DNA of 64,000 nucleotides from Nitrospirota bacterium (GTDB lineage: Bacteria; Nitrospirota; UBA9217). The stretch's first letter is position 1, and each line of letters starts with the position of its first letter. Below are positions 29,478 through 37,710 of the stretch, one piece after another. The stretch lies in assembly GCA_033854515.1 (NCBI GenBank), contig JAWOJY010000003.1:2254-66253 (forward strand). Direction: 5' to 3'. Made by a program: the position numbers and the translations under genes. The notes under the pieces were generated by a model. That model was not told the DNA's origin and did not search any database. It worked only from the letters and a program-made list of their open reading frames with translations.

Positions 29478-31146
29478 GGTGGTTAAAAGATACCGTCCCC
29501 CATTCAGAGTTTGGTCTTCCGTAATCGGGAATCGTTATCTCCATATCCCCGTAACAGTACGGGTACTCCTTTCTCATGCGTTCGGTGGGAAGCATCCAGC
29601 GGTATCCGTCGACGATCAGTGCAAGCCCGCCGACGATCAGCAAGGCATTGAAGATCGTCCAGCCGGGTGAGGCAACGCCGAAATAGGCCATCAGTCCCGC
29701 CCCGACGGACGTAATGTTCATGCCCGTCCTGACGTACGCCATGCCCGTCCGCGACACTGCCATAACCGTCCGGAGCCTCGCCATGACGCCGCGACGGTCG
29801 GCAAGTACTGTCCGTTCCAAAGCGTGGCCTGTCGTGGCCCAGATGCCGGGCTTCTGGTTCACTGTAACCGGCGGACCGTCCTTGCCCGGTCCCGATCGTT
29901 TGTGTCCGAGCGGAAATACCAGGTCCCAGATCGTTTCCTTGTTCAGTGCCGCGAACACGGACCGTAACCCTTCGATTCCGGACTTGCGACCGCCGAAATA
30001 CCAGTAAAAGCCCTCGGCGGACATGAGAATGCCTGCAGCAATAAGCGCGACGTCGAAGACCGACCACGCTGACCACCTGCTCGTCTCAAACTGCCGCATC
30101 AACCCTATCCCGAGTCCGGTAAAGGTAATGCCGGTGCGCGTAAAGGCGAGTCCCGTCCGCGCTCGGGCGAGCTTCGTCCGGTGGCCGGCAAGCGAGGTCC
30201 GCTCCTCAGCCATGTCGGTCCGGTCGCTCGCGAGGTACCTTCGCCGCATTACCGGCGAGAGATTCTCCCAGTCGGCCCTGAGTTCGGCGGCGCCGTCCGT
30301 GACGGATCCCCGGCTGATAACAGGAGGGCGACCGTCGGATATCGCTGCTTCCAGCACGCAGGTGCCCCACGTCGGCTCCGTGCAGGTGGCATCAATTGGC
30401 TTCGCAGCGATCTTTCGTGAGGGCAGATACCATTTGATCCCGTCATAGACCATAATGATGCCGGCGACGAGGAGCGGCGCTTCGAGGACGAGATAAAAGC
30501 CGGAGCCCAGGACGCGCAGGAACAGGAGAGCGATGACGATGAAGGAGACGCCCGTCCGGACGAAAGCGAGGCCCGTTCTCCCCTTCGCGAAGAGCGTCCG
30601 GTAATGCGCAAAGGTCGATCGCCGGTACGCGAAGAAGGTCCTCACGCGCGCAAGGGGCGTCCGGCCGCCGAAGATGCGGAAATTGCAGTTCACGTCGAAA
30701 TTGTGTTCAATGATGCGGATGAGGTCCGCGGGAAAGGCGATTCGGAAATCGATCTGCTCCACTCCCAGAATTCTCTTAACGTCTTCGATCACGCGCTCAT
30801 CATCGGGACGGAAGGCGATGACCTCGGCCCTCTGCTCGCGCACGGAGAGCGGAAACCACAAAGCCTTCTTCTGGTGCTCGAGGTCGAGCCGCAGGACCAG
30901 AAAGTAGGACGCGGCCACGTTCTCATCGAATTCAACAAAAGGGCGGCCGTAATGTTCTGAAAGGCTGAACAAAATTTCGTGCTTCGGAACGCCTTTTTCA
31001 AGTAACCATTCCTCGGGATATTTACCCACGGTCGCTGACTTTTTTACAGCATCCTCTAATTCCACGTCGGTAAGAATCCCTCTTCTCACCAGCCGTTCAA
31101 ACTTTTTTTTGAACATGACATCAGACATTTTTTCAAAAACCTGCAC
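29467..31146 (-). CDS. Membrane protein: N-terminal GspE/MshE-N-like (T2SSE_N) domain fused to three DUF202-like heptad-repeat/TM modules (paralog of 28236..29477)
   Basis: FERLVRRGILTDVELEDAVKK...EHYGRPFVEF is the T2SSE_N-like part. Three RTxxAxx heptad blocks (RTPLARVRTFFAYRRSTFAHYRTLFAKGRTGLAFVRTG, RTDMAEERTSLAGHRTKLARARTGLAFTRTG and RRGVMARLRTVMAVSRTGMAYVRTG) are each followed by a TM helix. The gene overlaps its downstream paralog by 11 nt. The start is uncertain: GTG at 31146, or ATG at 31128 or 31116. Confidence 0.6.
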   Translation of the reverse strand: MQVFEKMSDVMFKKKFERLVRRGILTDVELEDAVKKSATVGKYPEEWLLEKGVPKHEILFSLSEHYGRPFVEFDENVAASYFLVLRLDLEHQKKALWFPLSVREQRAEVIAFRPDDERVIEDVKRILGVEQIDFRIAFPADLIRIIEHNFDVNCNFRIFGGRTPLARVRTFFAYRRSTFAHYRTLFAKGRTGLAFVRTGVSFIVIALLFLRVLGSGFYLVLEAPLLVAGIIMVYDGIKWYLPSRKIAAKPIDATCTEPTWGTCVLEAAISDGRPPVISRGSVTDGAAELRADWENLSPVMRRRYLASDRTDMAEERTSLAGHRTKLARARTGLAFTRTGITFTGLGIGLMRQFETSRWSAWSVFDVALIAAGILMSAEGFYWYFGGRKSGIEGLRSVFAALNKETIWDLVFPLGHKRSGPGKDGPPVTVNQKPGIWATTGHALERTVLADRRGVMARLRTVMAVSRTGMAYVRTGMNITSVGAGLMAYFGVASPGWTIFNALLIVGGLALIVDGYRWMLPTERMRKEYPYCYGDMEITIPDYGRPNSEWGTVSFNHHEK

Positions 31147-31546
31147 AGCGCTCCGAAAAGCAGACCACCAATCGACCTTTCACTGCGGTCTTATTCGTCA
31201 TTAATTTTTCAGGATTTTCCCTGGTCACGGGAGATCGGCTGCGATTTCAGTAAGGCCGCTGTAGGATGCAGGCGGCGCGCCTCCCGGCCTTTCCGTAAAT
31301 GCTTGGTTGACGGCAGGTGGTCAGGATTCGTCTCTTGCCTCAATACGAACGGAATCTATCGATTCGTTTTCAGAGCCTTCCTAATTCCTGAATGCTTTTA
31401 CCGAGCTTATCCCGCGGCCCGGGAGTCTTTTCAAACGGCCCTTGACAGGCACGTCCGCCTGCCATTATGACCGGTGCCTGGGTCCTTCACGACAGTATCG
31501 ATTTAGATACGCGTCTTTTCTCTGCTCCTTCTTTCATCGTTTACTT

Positions 31547-31969
31547 CTAAATTCCGACAACAAATACCGGACAGGGCGCCCGGTTGATGACTTTTTCGAC
31601 GACATGATCTCCGAAGAGACGGCTGAAAATGCTCTTCTTTTTCTTCGCACCCATGATAATCAGGTCACATTGTTCCTCTGCCGCCACTTCCACGATCTTT
31701 TCGGTTACGTCGCCCTGTTCCAGTCTCATCTTAACCAGTGCGCCTTCGGCTTCCGATGCATTTTGAATTTCCTCAACGGCCTTCCGTGCGCCGTTGTCGA
31801 GGACGTCGCCGATATTCTTGATCCCGGTCAGATTCAAGTCGCCCTCGTACGGCTGGATGACCTTCACGACCGTGATCCACGTTTTCTCGTCTCGGGCGAG
31901 TTGTATGCCTTTGTGCAAAACCTCCCGTGACCCGTTCATTGCGATGAGAACCTTTCTGTACCCTCTCAT
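31547..31969 (-). CDS. Universal stress protein (single UspA domain)
   Basis: KVLIAMNGS...DLIIMGAKKKKSIFSRLFGDHVVEKVINRAPCPVFVV carries the ATP-binding G-x2-G-x9-G-S-type motif of UspA-class Usp. Confidence 0.85.
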   Translation of the reverse strand: MRGYRKVLIAMNGSREVLHKGIQLARDEKTWITVVKVIQPYEGDLNLTGIKNIGDVLDNGARKAVEEIQNASEAEGALVKMRLEQGDVTEKIVEVAAEEQCDLIIMGAKKKKSIFSRLFGDHVVEKVINRAPCPVFVVGI

Positions 31970-31972
31970 GGC

Positions 31973-32830
31973 TCACCTCACCACCAGGATGGGGCAGGAA
32001 GCATTGGTGATTACGCTTCCCGTCGTGCTCCCCATGATGGCCTTGCTCACTCCCTTCCATCCGTGCGTACCCATGACGATAAGATCGTTTTCGAGCCTCT
32101 CGGCGGCCTTCACGATCTCGTCCCCTTCATGCCCTTCCCGGATTTCGGTTCGAACGGAAACACCATGCTCCGAGGCGATTGCTTTTGCCTCGCCGACGAC
32201 TTTCTCGGCTTCCCGATAAAGGCTCTTTTTGATGGAATCGGACCTGAAGAACTCCACCATCTCCTCATAGCGGGGGATTACGTAAAGGACCGTGACCGCC
32301 GCACCGTCCATCTTCGACAGCTCGCAGGCGCGGAGCAACGCTTTTTTGCTGAGTTCCGACTTGTCGAAGGGCAGCAACACGGACGTGTAATTGCCGGTAC
32401 ATTCGCTGCACGGCCGTTTCACCACCAGCACGTCACAGGGAGCATTGAGCACCACCTGCGACGTCACGCTTCCCATCAAGAGCCTCTTCAGGCCTTTTCT
32501 TCCGTAGGTGCCGAGGGCGATTAGGTCTGCGTTCTTCCCCTGGGCCGTTTCGACGATCACGTCGGGCGGCTCTCCTTCGCAGACCATGGACTCGGACTCA
32601 ACGCCTGTTTCCGATGAAATCTCCTGTTTTGCCTGCAGGCAGATCTTCGTACCTATCTCGAACCGTTTCTCCATCTGCGAGGGCAGGATGGCAAATTCCT
32701 CTTTATCGAAATACACGGCATGGACCATAAAAACCTTGCCCCCGTGTTTCTTTACCCAAAGTGACGATTCTTTCAGCGCAGCCTTGCTCGACTCCGATTC
32801 ATCATACCCCACGACGATTGAATTGTACAT
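31973..32830 (-). CDS. Universal stress protein with tandem Usp domains
   Basis: Two Usp repeats (IVVGYDESESS...LIALGTYGRKGLKRLLMGSVTSQVV and VLLPFDKSE...LIVMGTHGWKGVSKAIMGSTTGSVI). Confidence 0.85.
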   Translation of the reverse strand: MYNSIVVGYDESESSKAALKESSLWVKKHGGKVFMVHAVYFDKEEFAILPSQMEKRFEIGTKICLQAKQEISSETGVESESMVCEGEPPDVIVETAQGKNADLIALGTYGRKGLKRLLMGSVTSQVVLNAPCDVLVVKRPCSECTGNYTSVLLPFDKSELSKKALLRACELSKMDGAAVTVLYVIPRYEEMVEFFRSDSIKKSLYREAEKVVGEAKAIASEHGVSVRTEIREGHEGDEIVKAAERLENDLIVMGTHGWKGVSKAIMGSTTGSVITNASCPILVVR

Positions 32831-33642
32831 TAATGCGCTCCCCCGCCTTTTCTGAATATCAGTCCAACGCCGAAACCGGCCGACAGCGCGGCAAGTACGG
32901 ACAGCGCACCGTAGAGAACACCGTTGTTCCTGGCCATGCCGGCAAGGGATTTGACCATCCCGACCTGCTCAACATTCACTTTGGTTTCCGCCTGTTCCAC
33001 CACTTTCTTGTTCTTCACCGCATAAACCGTAACGAGATAATCGCCGGGTGTCGCCTGATACGGCCAGTCGGTCATGATGTAATATTCCTGCCTGCCGTTG
33101 TCGAGAGGCGTAGTGGATATCTTGTTCGAGGACATCGCATAGAGGCTCGACGCTTCTTTGAATTTCAGGAATTCATTGAACCATGCGGTCTTCTCTTCGT
33201 CGCCGGTGACCGGAGTAACTTCCACGTGATTTTTGAGCGACGAATAACCGATTGTGTATTTATCCATTTCTTCAGGGCTCAGGATATCTTCGAGCTTTCC
33301 CGTGCTGTAGACGCTGTAAAAGTTGGGCGCATGTTCGAACTTCAAATCGCCCACGTTCATCCACAGCAGCCCTCCCACCTTTCCTTTTTTCTTGAGCACC
33401 TGATGGCCTTCGGGCGAGGTTATCTTGATCACCAGATCCGTACCGGCGTCGGCCACGCCCTTTACGCTCACGGTGCTGCCGTGGTAAAAGAAGTCGATCT
33501 GGATGTGGTCATGATTCGCCTTGGCCGTCAACTCAGCAGCGGCGGTTCTATCAAATGTAAAATGTAAAACGAAAAATGCAAAAGCAAGGAATACCGTTAT
33601 TTCGAATTTTGGACTTTGAATTTTGAATTTCTTCATTATCAA
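32830..33642 (-). CDS. Secreted periplasmic protein with a C-terminal TM anchor, co-transcribed with the TSUP permease
   Basis: Signal peptide (VFLAFAFFVLHFTFDRTAAA), a soluble domain of about 220 aa and a C-terminal helix VLYGALSVLAALSAGFGVGLIF. Overlaps the upstream gene by 4 nt and abuts the downstream one. Confidence 0.5.
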   Translation of the reverse strand: MIMKKFKIQSPKFEITVFLAFAFFVLHFTFDRTAAAELTAKANHDHIQIDFFYHGSTVSVKGVADAGTDLVIKITSPEGHQVLKKKGKVGGLLWMNVGDLKFEHAPNFYSVYSTGKLEDILSPEEMDKYTIGYSSLKNHVEVTPVTGDEEKTAWFNEFLKFKEASSLYAMSSNKISTTPLDNGRQEYYIMTDWPYQATPGDYLVTVYAVKNKKVVEQAETKVNVEQVGMVKSLAGMARNNGVLYGALSVLAALSAGFGVGLIFRKGGGAH

Positions 33643-34610
33643 TGCCCTCCTGCCTGAGAGATGAGTAATGACGGACTTAAGGTGAGTTCAAAAATTATCT
33701 TGATCGTGACCACGAGAACGATGAGCGCAAGAAGTATCTTGAGCTGTTCGCCCTTCAGCTTCCTGCCGAAGACAGCGCCAACCTGCGCCCCGATTGTGGA
33801 GCCCAGGAGCAGGAGCACGGCAAGGATGAAATCCACGCTGTGGTTCGTATAGGCCTGGAGGAACGTGACCTCGATGCAGGTGAACAGTATCTGGAACAGG
33901 CTCGTGCCTACCACGACGTGCATCGGCATACGCAGGATATAGACCATCACCGGCACCATGAGGAACCCGCCGCCCACACCCATGATCGCAGCAAGGATGC
34001 CGACAAAGCCGCCGAGGATAACAGGCACGAGAGCAGAATGCGTGACGCCGGATTTTTCGAAATGGGTCTGGAGCGGCAAGGACTTCAGGAATTTGGCCAT
34101 ACCCGATTCTTTCTGCTGTTTGGACTCGGCAACGGACGGCTTTTTCTTCATGCTCATGATGCTCTCGACGAGCATATAGGAGCCGACGATGCCGAGCATG
34201 AGCACATAGGTCATTTTGATGACAAAGTCGGCGTTCCCCATGGCCTTGAGCACCTTGATGCCCTGGACGCCGACAAGGCCGCCGAGGAACCCGCCGAGAA
34301 GAAGGTAGAGCCCCATTTTGAAGTCAACGTTGCCCACCTTCCAGTGCGCATACGTGCCGGACGTCGATGCCGCAACGATCTGATTGGAGTCGGTGGCCGC
34401 GGCCACGGTCGACGGAATGCCGAACATGATCAGGAGCGGCGTCATCAGAAACCCTCCGCCTACGCCGAAAAGACCGGAAAGCAGCCCTACGGCGAGCCCG
34501 AGCCCCACGGGAATCAGGATGTTGATACTCGTTAACGCAACAGGCAAGTAAAGATACATTGCACCCACTCCTTTATCCGATATGATTATCTGTACAGGGT
34601 CCATGGCCAT
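33639..34610 (-). CDS. TauE/SafE (TSUP) family anion/sulfite-type permease
   Basis: Two internal repeats carrying the GxGGG signature (GLFGVGGGFLMTPLL and IMGVGGGFLMVPVMV); about 8 TM helices. Confidence 0.8.
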   Translation of the reverse strand: MAMDPVQIIISDKGVGAMYLYLPVALTSINILIPVGLGLAVGLLSGLFGVGGGFLMTPLLIMFGIPSTVAAATDSNQIVAASTSGTYAHWKVGNVDFKMGLYLLLGGFLGGLVGVQGIKVLKAMGNADFVIKMTYVLMLGIVGSYMLVESIMSMKKKPSVAESKQQKESGMAKFLKSLPLQTHFEKSGVTHSALVPVILGGFVGILAAIMGVGGGFLMVPVMVYILRMPMHVVVGTSLFQILFTCIEVTFLQAYTNHSVDFILAVLLLLGSTIGAQVGAVFGRKLKGEQLKILLALIVLVVTIKIIFELTLSPSLLISQAGGH

Positions 34611-34668
34611 GGAAAAACCCTATGCCGTACATTCATGCATGCATGGACAAAAAATCTTTGACCGTGTA

Positions 34669-35166
34669 TCAGGCCACGCAGCAGGCCTGTTTTGTCATGG
34701 TAACGATAGGCCGCGACGACGTCCTGACCAAGCGGTTGAGATCCTTGGACGATATATTGCCCTTCTCGGTCACAGCGGGGCTCAACAGAACCTTGTCGAT
34801 TCCCGAATTCTGCTTGAGAAAGGTCCTGATGCCCGAGACCGCGTCAAGTCCCGTGTTATGGACATGAACGTGAATGCCTTCCTTATGACACTTTTCTACC
34901 AGCTCGGCGAGTTTCTGATCGAGGCGCTTGCGTGCGTCGGGAGAATCCCCGGCCGCAACCTGTCGAGCCGTATCATGGTCATCTTCCTCTGCGAAACTCA
35001 CGGCGGTCATCAGATTTTCGATCTTGTCCATCAGGGTGTTTTTCTTGTGAACGAGCAGAAGCGCGATATCTTCATACATCGCCTTTGCAAGTTCAATGGC
35101 ATATGAAAGCCCATCTTCGAGATTCTCATCGCGGTATGTGACAAATAAAAGCTGTCTCTTTCCCAT
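34669..35166 (-). CDS. Divergent Usp-like protein carrying an inserted SFAEE-motif segment
   Basis: Strong RBS AAGGAGG. Usp-like beta-alpha pattern (LLFVTYRDENLEDGLSYAIELAKAMYEDIALLLV ... KVLLSPA). The insertion LMDKIENLMTAVSFAEEDDHDTARQ matches a motif in two genes of the second Usp operon. It is the first gene after the sigma-54 promoter. Confidence 0.5.
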   Translation of the reverse strand: MGKRQLLFVTYRDENLEDGLSYAIELAKAMYEDIALLLVHKKNTLMDKIENLMTAVSFAEEDDHDTARQVAAGDSPDARKRLDQKLAELVEKCHKEGIHVHVHNTGLDAVSGIRTFLKQNSGIDKVLLSPAVTEKGNISSKDLNRLVRTSSRPIVTMTKQACCVA

Positions 35167-35224
35167 TGGAATTGACCTCCTTGCATGTTCAAACTCCAGT
35201 ATGTTCGAACTTTGCCTTTACATA

Positions 35225-35241
35225 TTGCAATGAGAATGCCA
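35225..35241 (-). promoter_or_regulatory. Sigma-54 (RpoN) -24/-12 promoter: TGGCAT-TCTCA-TTGCAA
   Basis: On the minus strand the sequence reads TGGCATTCTCATTGCAA, with the conserved GG and GC spaced exactly as in the TGGCAC-N5-TTGCW consensus. It lies about 50 nt upstream of the 35166 start, in an AT-rich intergenic region next to a sigma-54 activator gene. Confidence 0.55.
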
Positions 35242-35638
35242 TTTTTTAAGTTATTGTTTTTAAAACATTTGATAACTTAATGCCAAATTATATTGTTTCA
35301 AATTTTAACTATTATGAACATCAGACAAATAATTTAGTATCAATTTCGAATTTCACGCGAAGCAGAAAGTCAGTTTCTACCCTTTATTTAGAGGGCAAAA
35401 CATCATTTTTTAGAGACAGCTAAGTAATAGCGAAATATACTATTTGGCATTTTCTTTCATGTTTCAAAACTGGACATGATTTGTATTTTTGAAATTTATT
35501 GAATAATCTGTTACTATAAGGTGCAATATACATAAAAAATATCTGTTTTTTGAAAAATTTTGCACCTCTTTACAGCAAAAAGTTAAGCGTGCATTCGCGT
35601 CTTTCGCGATTAAAATTGGTTTTAGACAAGGGGAAAAT

Positions 35639-36250
35639 ATGACTGAACCGAATAATCCCGGTGAAGAAAAAGCCTGGGAGATTCTGTCGACGCTGGATCC
35701 GGACAAGCTGTGCAAGGCCGCGTCCGCCTTCTATGACCGAGCGACGGAAAAATACGCTGTGACGTCGCTCGGAATGAGATTCGACGTTTCACCCAAGGAA
35801 AGGACGATTTCGAGCGCCTCACCCGGAAGCGAGGTGATCCTTCATAAACTCGGTTATTTCTTCAAGCTCTCAATCCTGTGGTATCTGGTAAGCGCAAAAG
35901 ACATTCGTTGCACGGAACGTCTCGTGAAGCTTCAGAACATCAAAGGCGGGGATATATTTACTAGGGGGTCGCACCTCCTGCCCCTTGACAGGCTGGAGCT
36001 GAAATACGGGACGAACAAGAGCGGGTTTATCGAGAAGGGGAAAACGCTTGCCGGAGAAATCATGAATTACGGCGACGCTTCGCTGAAGCTCTTCCCTTTT
36101 CCAAGGGTCCCGGTCGTTCTCACGCTCTGGATCGAGGATGAGGAGTTCCCGGCCCGCGTTGATCTGCTGTTCGATTCAACCTGCGATCTGCTGTTGCCGG
36201 TCGATATAATCTGGTCCACAGCCATGCTGACCGTGCTCGCCATGCTGTGA
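35639..36250 (+). CDS. DUF3786-like hypothetical protein
   Basis: 203 aa; RBS AAGGGGAAAA upstream; preceded by a 470-bp AT-rich region; the family assignment is from memory only. Confidence 0.45.
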   Translation: MTEPNNPGEEKAWEILSTLDPDKLCKAASAFYDRATEKYAVTSLGMRFDVSPKERTISSASPGSEVILHKLGYFFKLSILWYLVSAKDIRCTERLVKLQNIKGGDIFTRGSHLLPLDRLELKYGTNKSGFIEKGKTLAGEIMNYGDASLKLFPFPRVPVVLTLWIEDEEFPARVDLLFDSTCDLLLPVDIIWSTAMLTVLAML

Positions 36251-36268
36251 GCGATTGCAGCCTTCGGT

Positions 36269-37609
36269 CTAACTTTCTTCAGCCTCTTTCAGTATGCGCC
36301 ACAGGCTGGTTCTCGAAATGCCGAGCACTTCGGCCGTCTTGGATCTGTTGCCGCCGTACATATCGAGCACTTTTTCCGCGTATTCCTTGTTCAATTCATC
36401 GATGGTCTTGATCCTGTCCGGCTCGAGCGTATCGATCTGGAACATCTTGATGCTCTGGGGCAGGCTCGCGGGGGTAATGAGAGAATCCCGTTCGAGGATG
36501 ATCGCCCGCTCGATGATGTTCTCAAGCTCCCGCACGTTTCCCGGGAAGCTGTACGTCATGAAGATGTCCATTGCGTCTTTGGAGAACCCGCTTATCTTTT
36601 TGCGGGACTTTGGGAGGTGTTTTTCAAGGAAAAACCTGCACAGCGGAGAAATGTCCTCCCTGCGCTCCCGGAGCGGCGGGGTGAATATCTCCATGATGTT
36701 GAGCCGGTAGTAGAGGTCCTCCCTGAACCTCCCTTCCGAGATGAGCGCCCGCACGTTCTGGTTCGTCGCCGCAATAAACCGTACATCAACTTTGATGGGC
36801 CGTGTGCCGCCGACTCTGTAGAATTCGCCTTCCTCGATCACCTTGAGGAGCTTCGCCTGGAGGTTCGGAGACATCTCGGCGATCTCATCAAGGAACAGAG
36901 TGCCCGTGTCGGCGATCTCTACGAGACCCTGTTTGGTCCTGTGAGCTCCGGTGAACGCCCCTTTCTCGTGGCCGAACAGCTCGCTGGCGAGAAGTTCCTC
37001 GGTCAGCGTCGCGCAGTTTATGGAGAGGAATGGCATGTCTTGGCGCCTGCTCGTGAAATGAATGATCTTGGCCAGGAGACTCTTTCCCACGCCGGTCTCA
37101 CCCGTGAGAAGAACGTTGCAATCGGAGTCCTTGATCCCCTCGATGATGCTGAGGATGTTCTTCATGCTCTCGCTTTTCGCGATGATCGATGCCTTCTTAT
37201 CCATTCCGAGGTATGTTTTAAGGGCGATGTTCTCCTTTCTCAGGGTCTTCTGTTCCCGGATCTTGTTCACCTTCAGGATGAGTTCGTCCAGATCGTAGGG
37301 CTTCGTAATGTATTCGTATGCCCCTTTTTTCATTGCATCCACCGCCGACCCGATGCTCCCGAATCCGGTCACGATGATGACCTCCGTATCGAGCTGTTTT
37401 TCCTTGATTGTGTCGAGGAGTTCGATGCCGGTTAGACCCGGCATTTTTATATCGGCGATGAGCACGTCATAGGCGCGGGTTTCCATGTTCTCGAGCGCTT
37501 CCGTTCCGTTCGTTACGCCGGTCACGTCATACCCTTCCTTGGCAAGAGTATTCATGAGGTGCTTCAGGGTTATTTCTTCATCTTCAGCTACAAGTATCTT
37601 AAAAGCCAT
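36269..37609 (-). CDS. Sigma-54-dependent transcriptional activator, NtrC family (REC, AAA+ sigma-54 interaction domain, Fis-type HTH)
   Basis: REC domain (ILVAEDEE, DVLIADIKMPG); Walker A GETGVGKSLLA; GAFTGA motif (EKGAFTGA); the ESELFGHEKGAF region; C-terminal HTH (RSKTAEVLGISRTSLWRILK). Confidence 0.9.
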   Translation of the reverse strand: MAFKILVAEDEEITLKHLMNTLAKEGYDVTGVTNGTEALENMETRAYDVLIADIKMPGLTGIELLDTIKEKQLDTEVIIVTGFGSIGSAVDAMKKGAYEYITKPYDLDELILKVNKIREQKTLRKENIALKTYLGMDKKASIIAKSESMKNILSIIEGIKDSDCNVLLTGETGVGKSLLAKIIHFTSRRQDMPFLSINCATLTEELLASELFGHEKGAFTGAHRTKQGLVEIADTGTLFLDEIAEMSPNLQAKLLKVIEEGEFYRVGGTRPIKVDVRFIAATNQNVRALISEGRFREDLYYRLNIMEIFTPPLRERREDISPLCRFFLEKHLPKSRKKISGFSKDAMDIFMTYSFPGNVRELENIIERAIILERDSLITPASLPQSIKMFQIDTLEPDRIKTIDELNKEYAEKVLDMYGGNRSKTAEVLGISRTSLWRILKEAEES

Positions 37610-37710
37610 GGTTTTCCTTTCCTGGTTATGTTATATCCAGTGCGTTCATCCTCGAGTAAATTCCGTGTGTCTCCGGAAAGCAGACGGGGACCGGGGCGTG
37701 TATACGCAAG

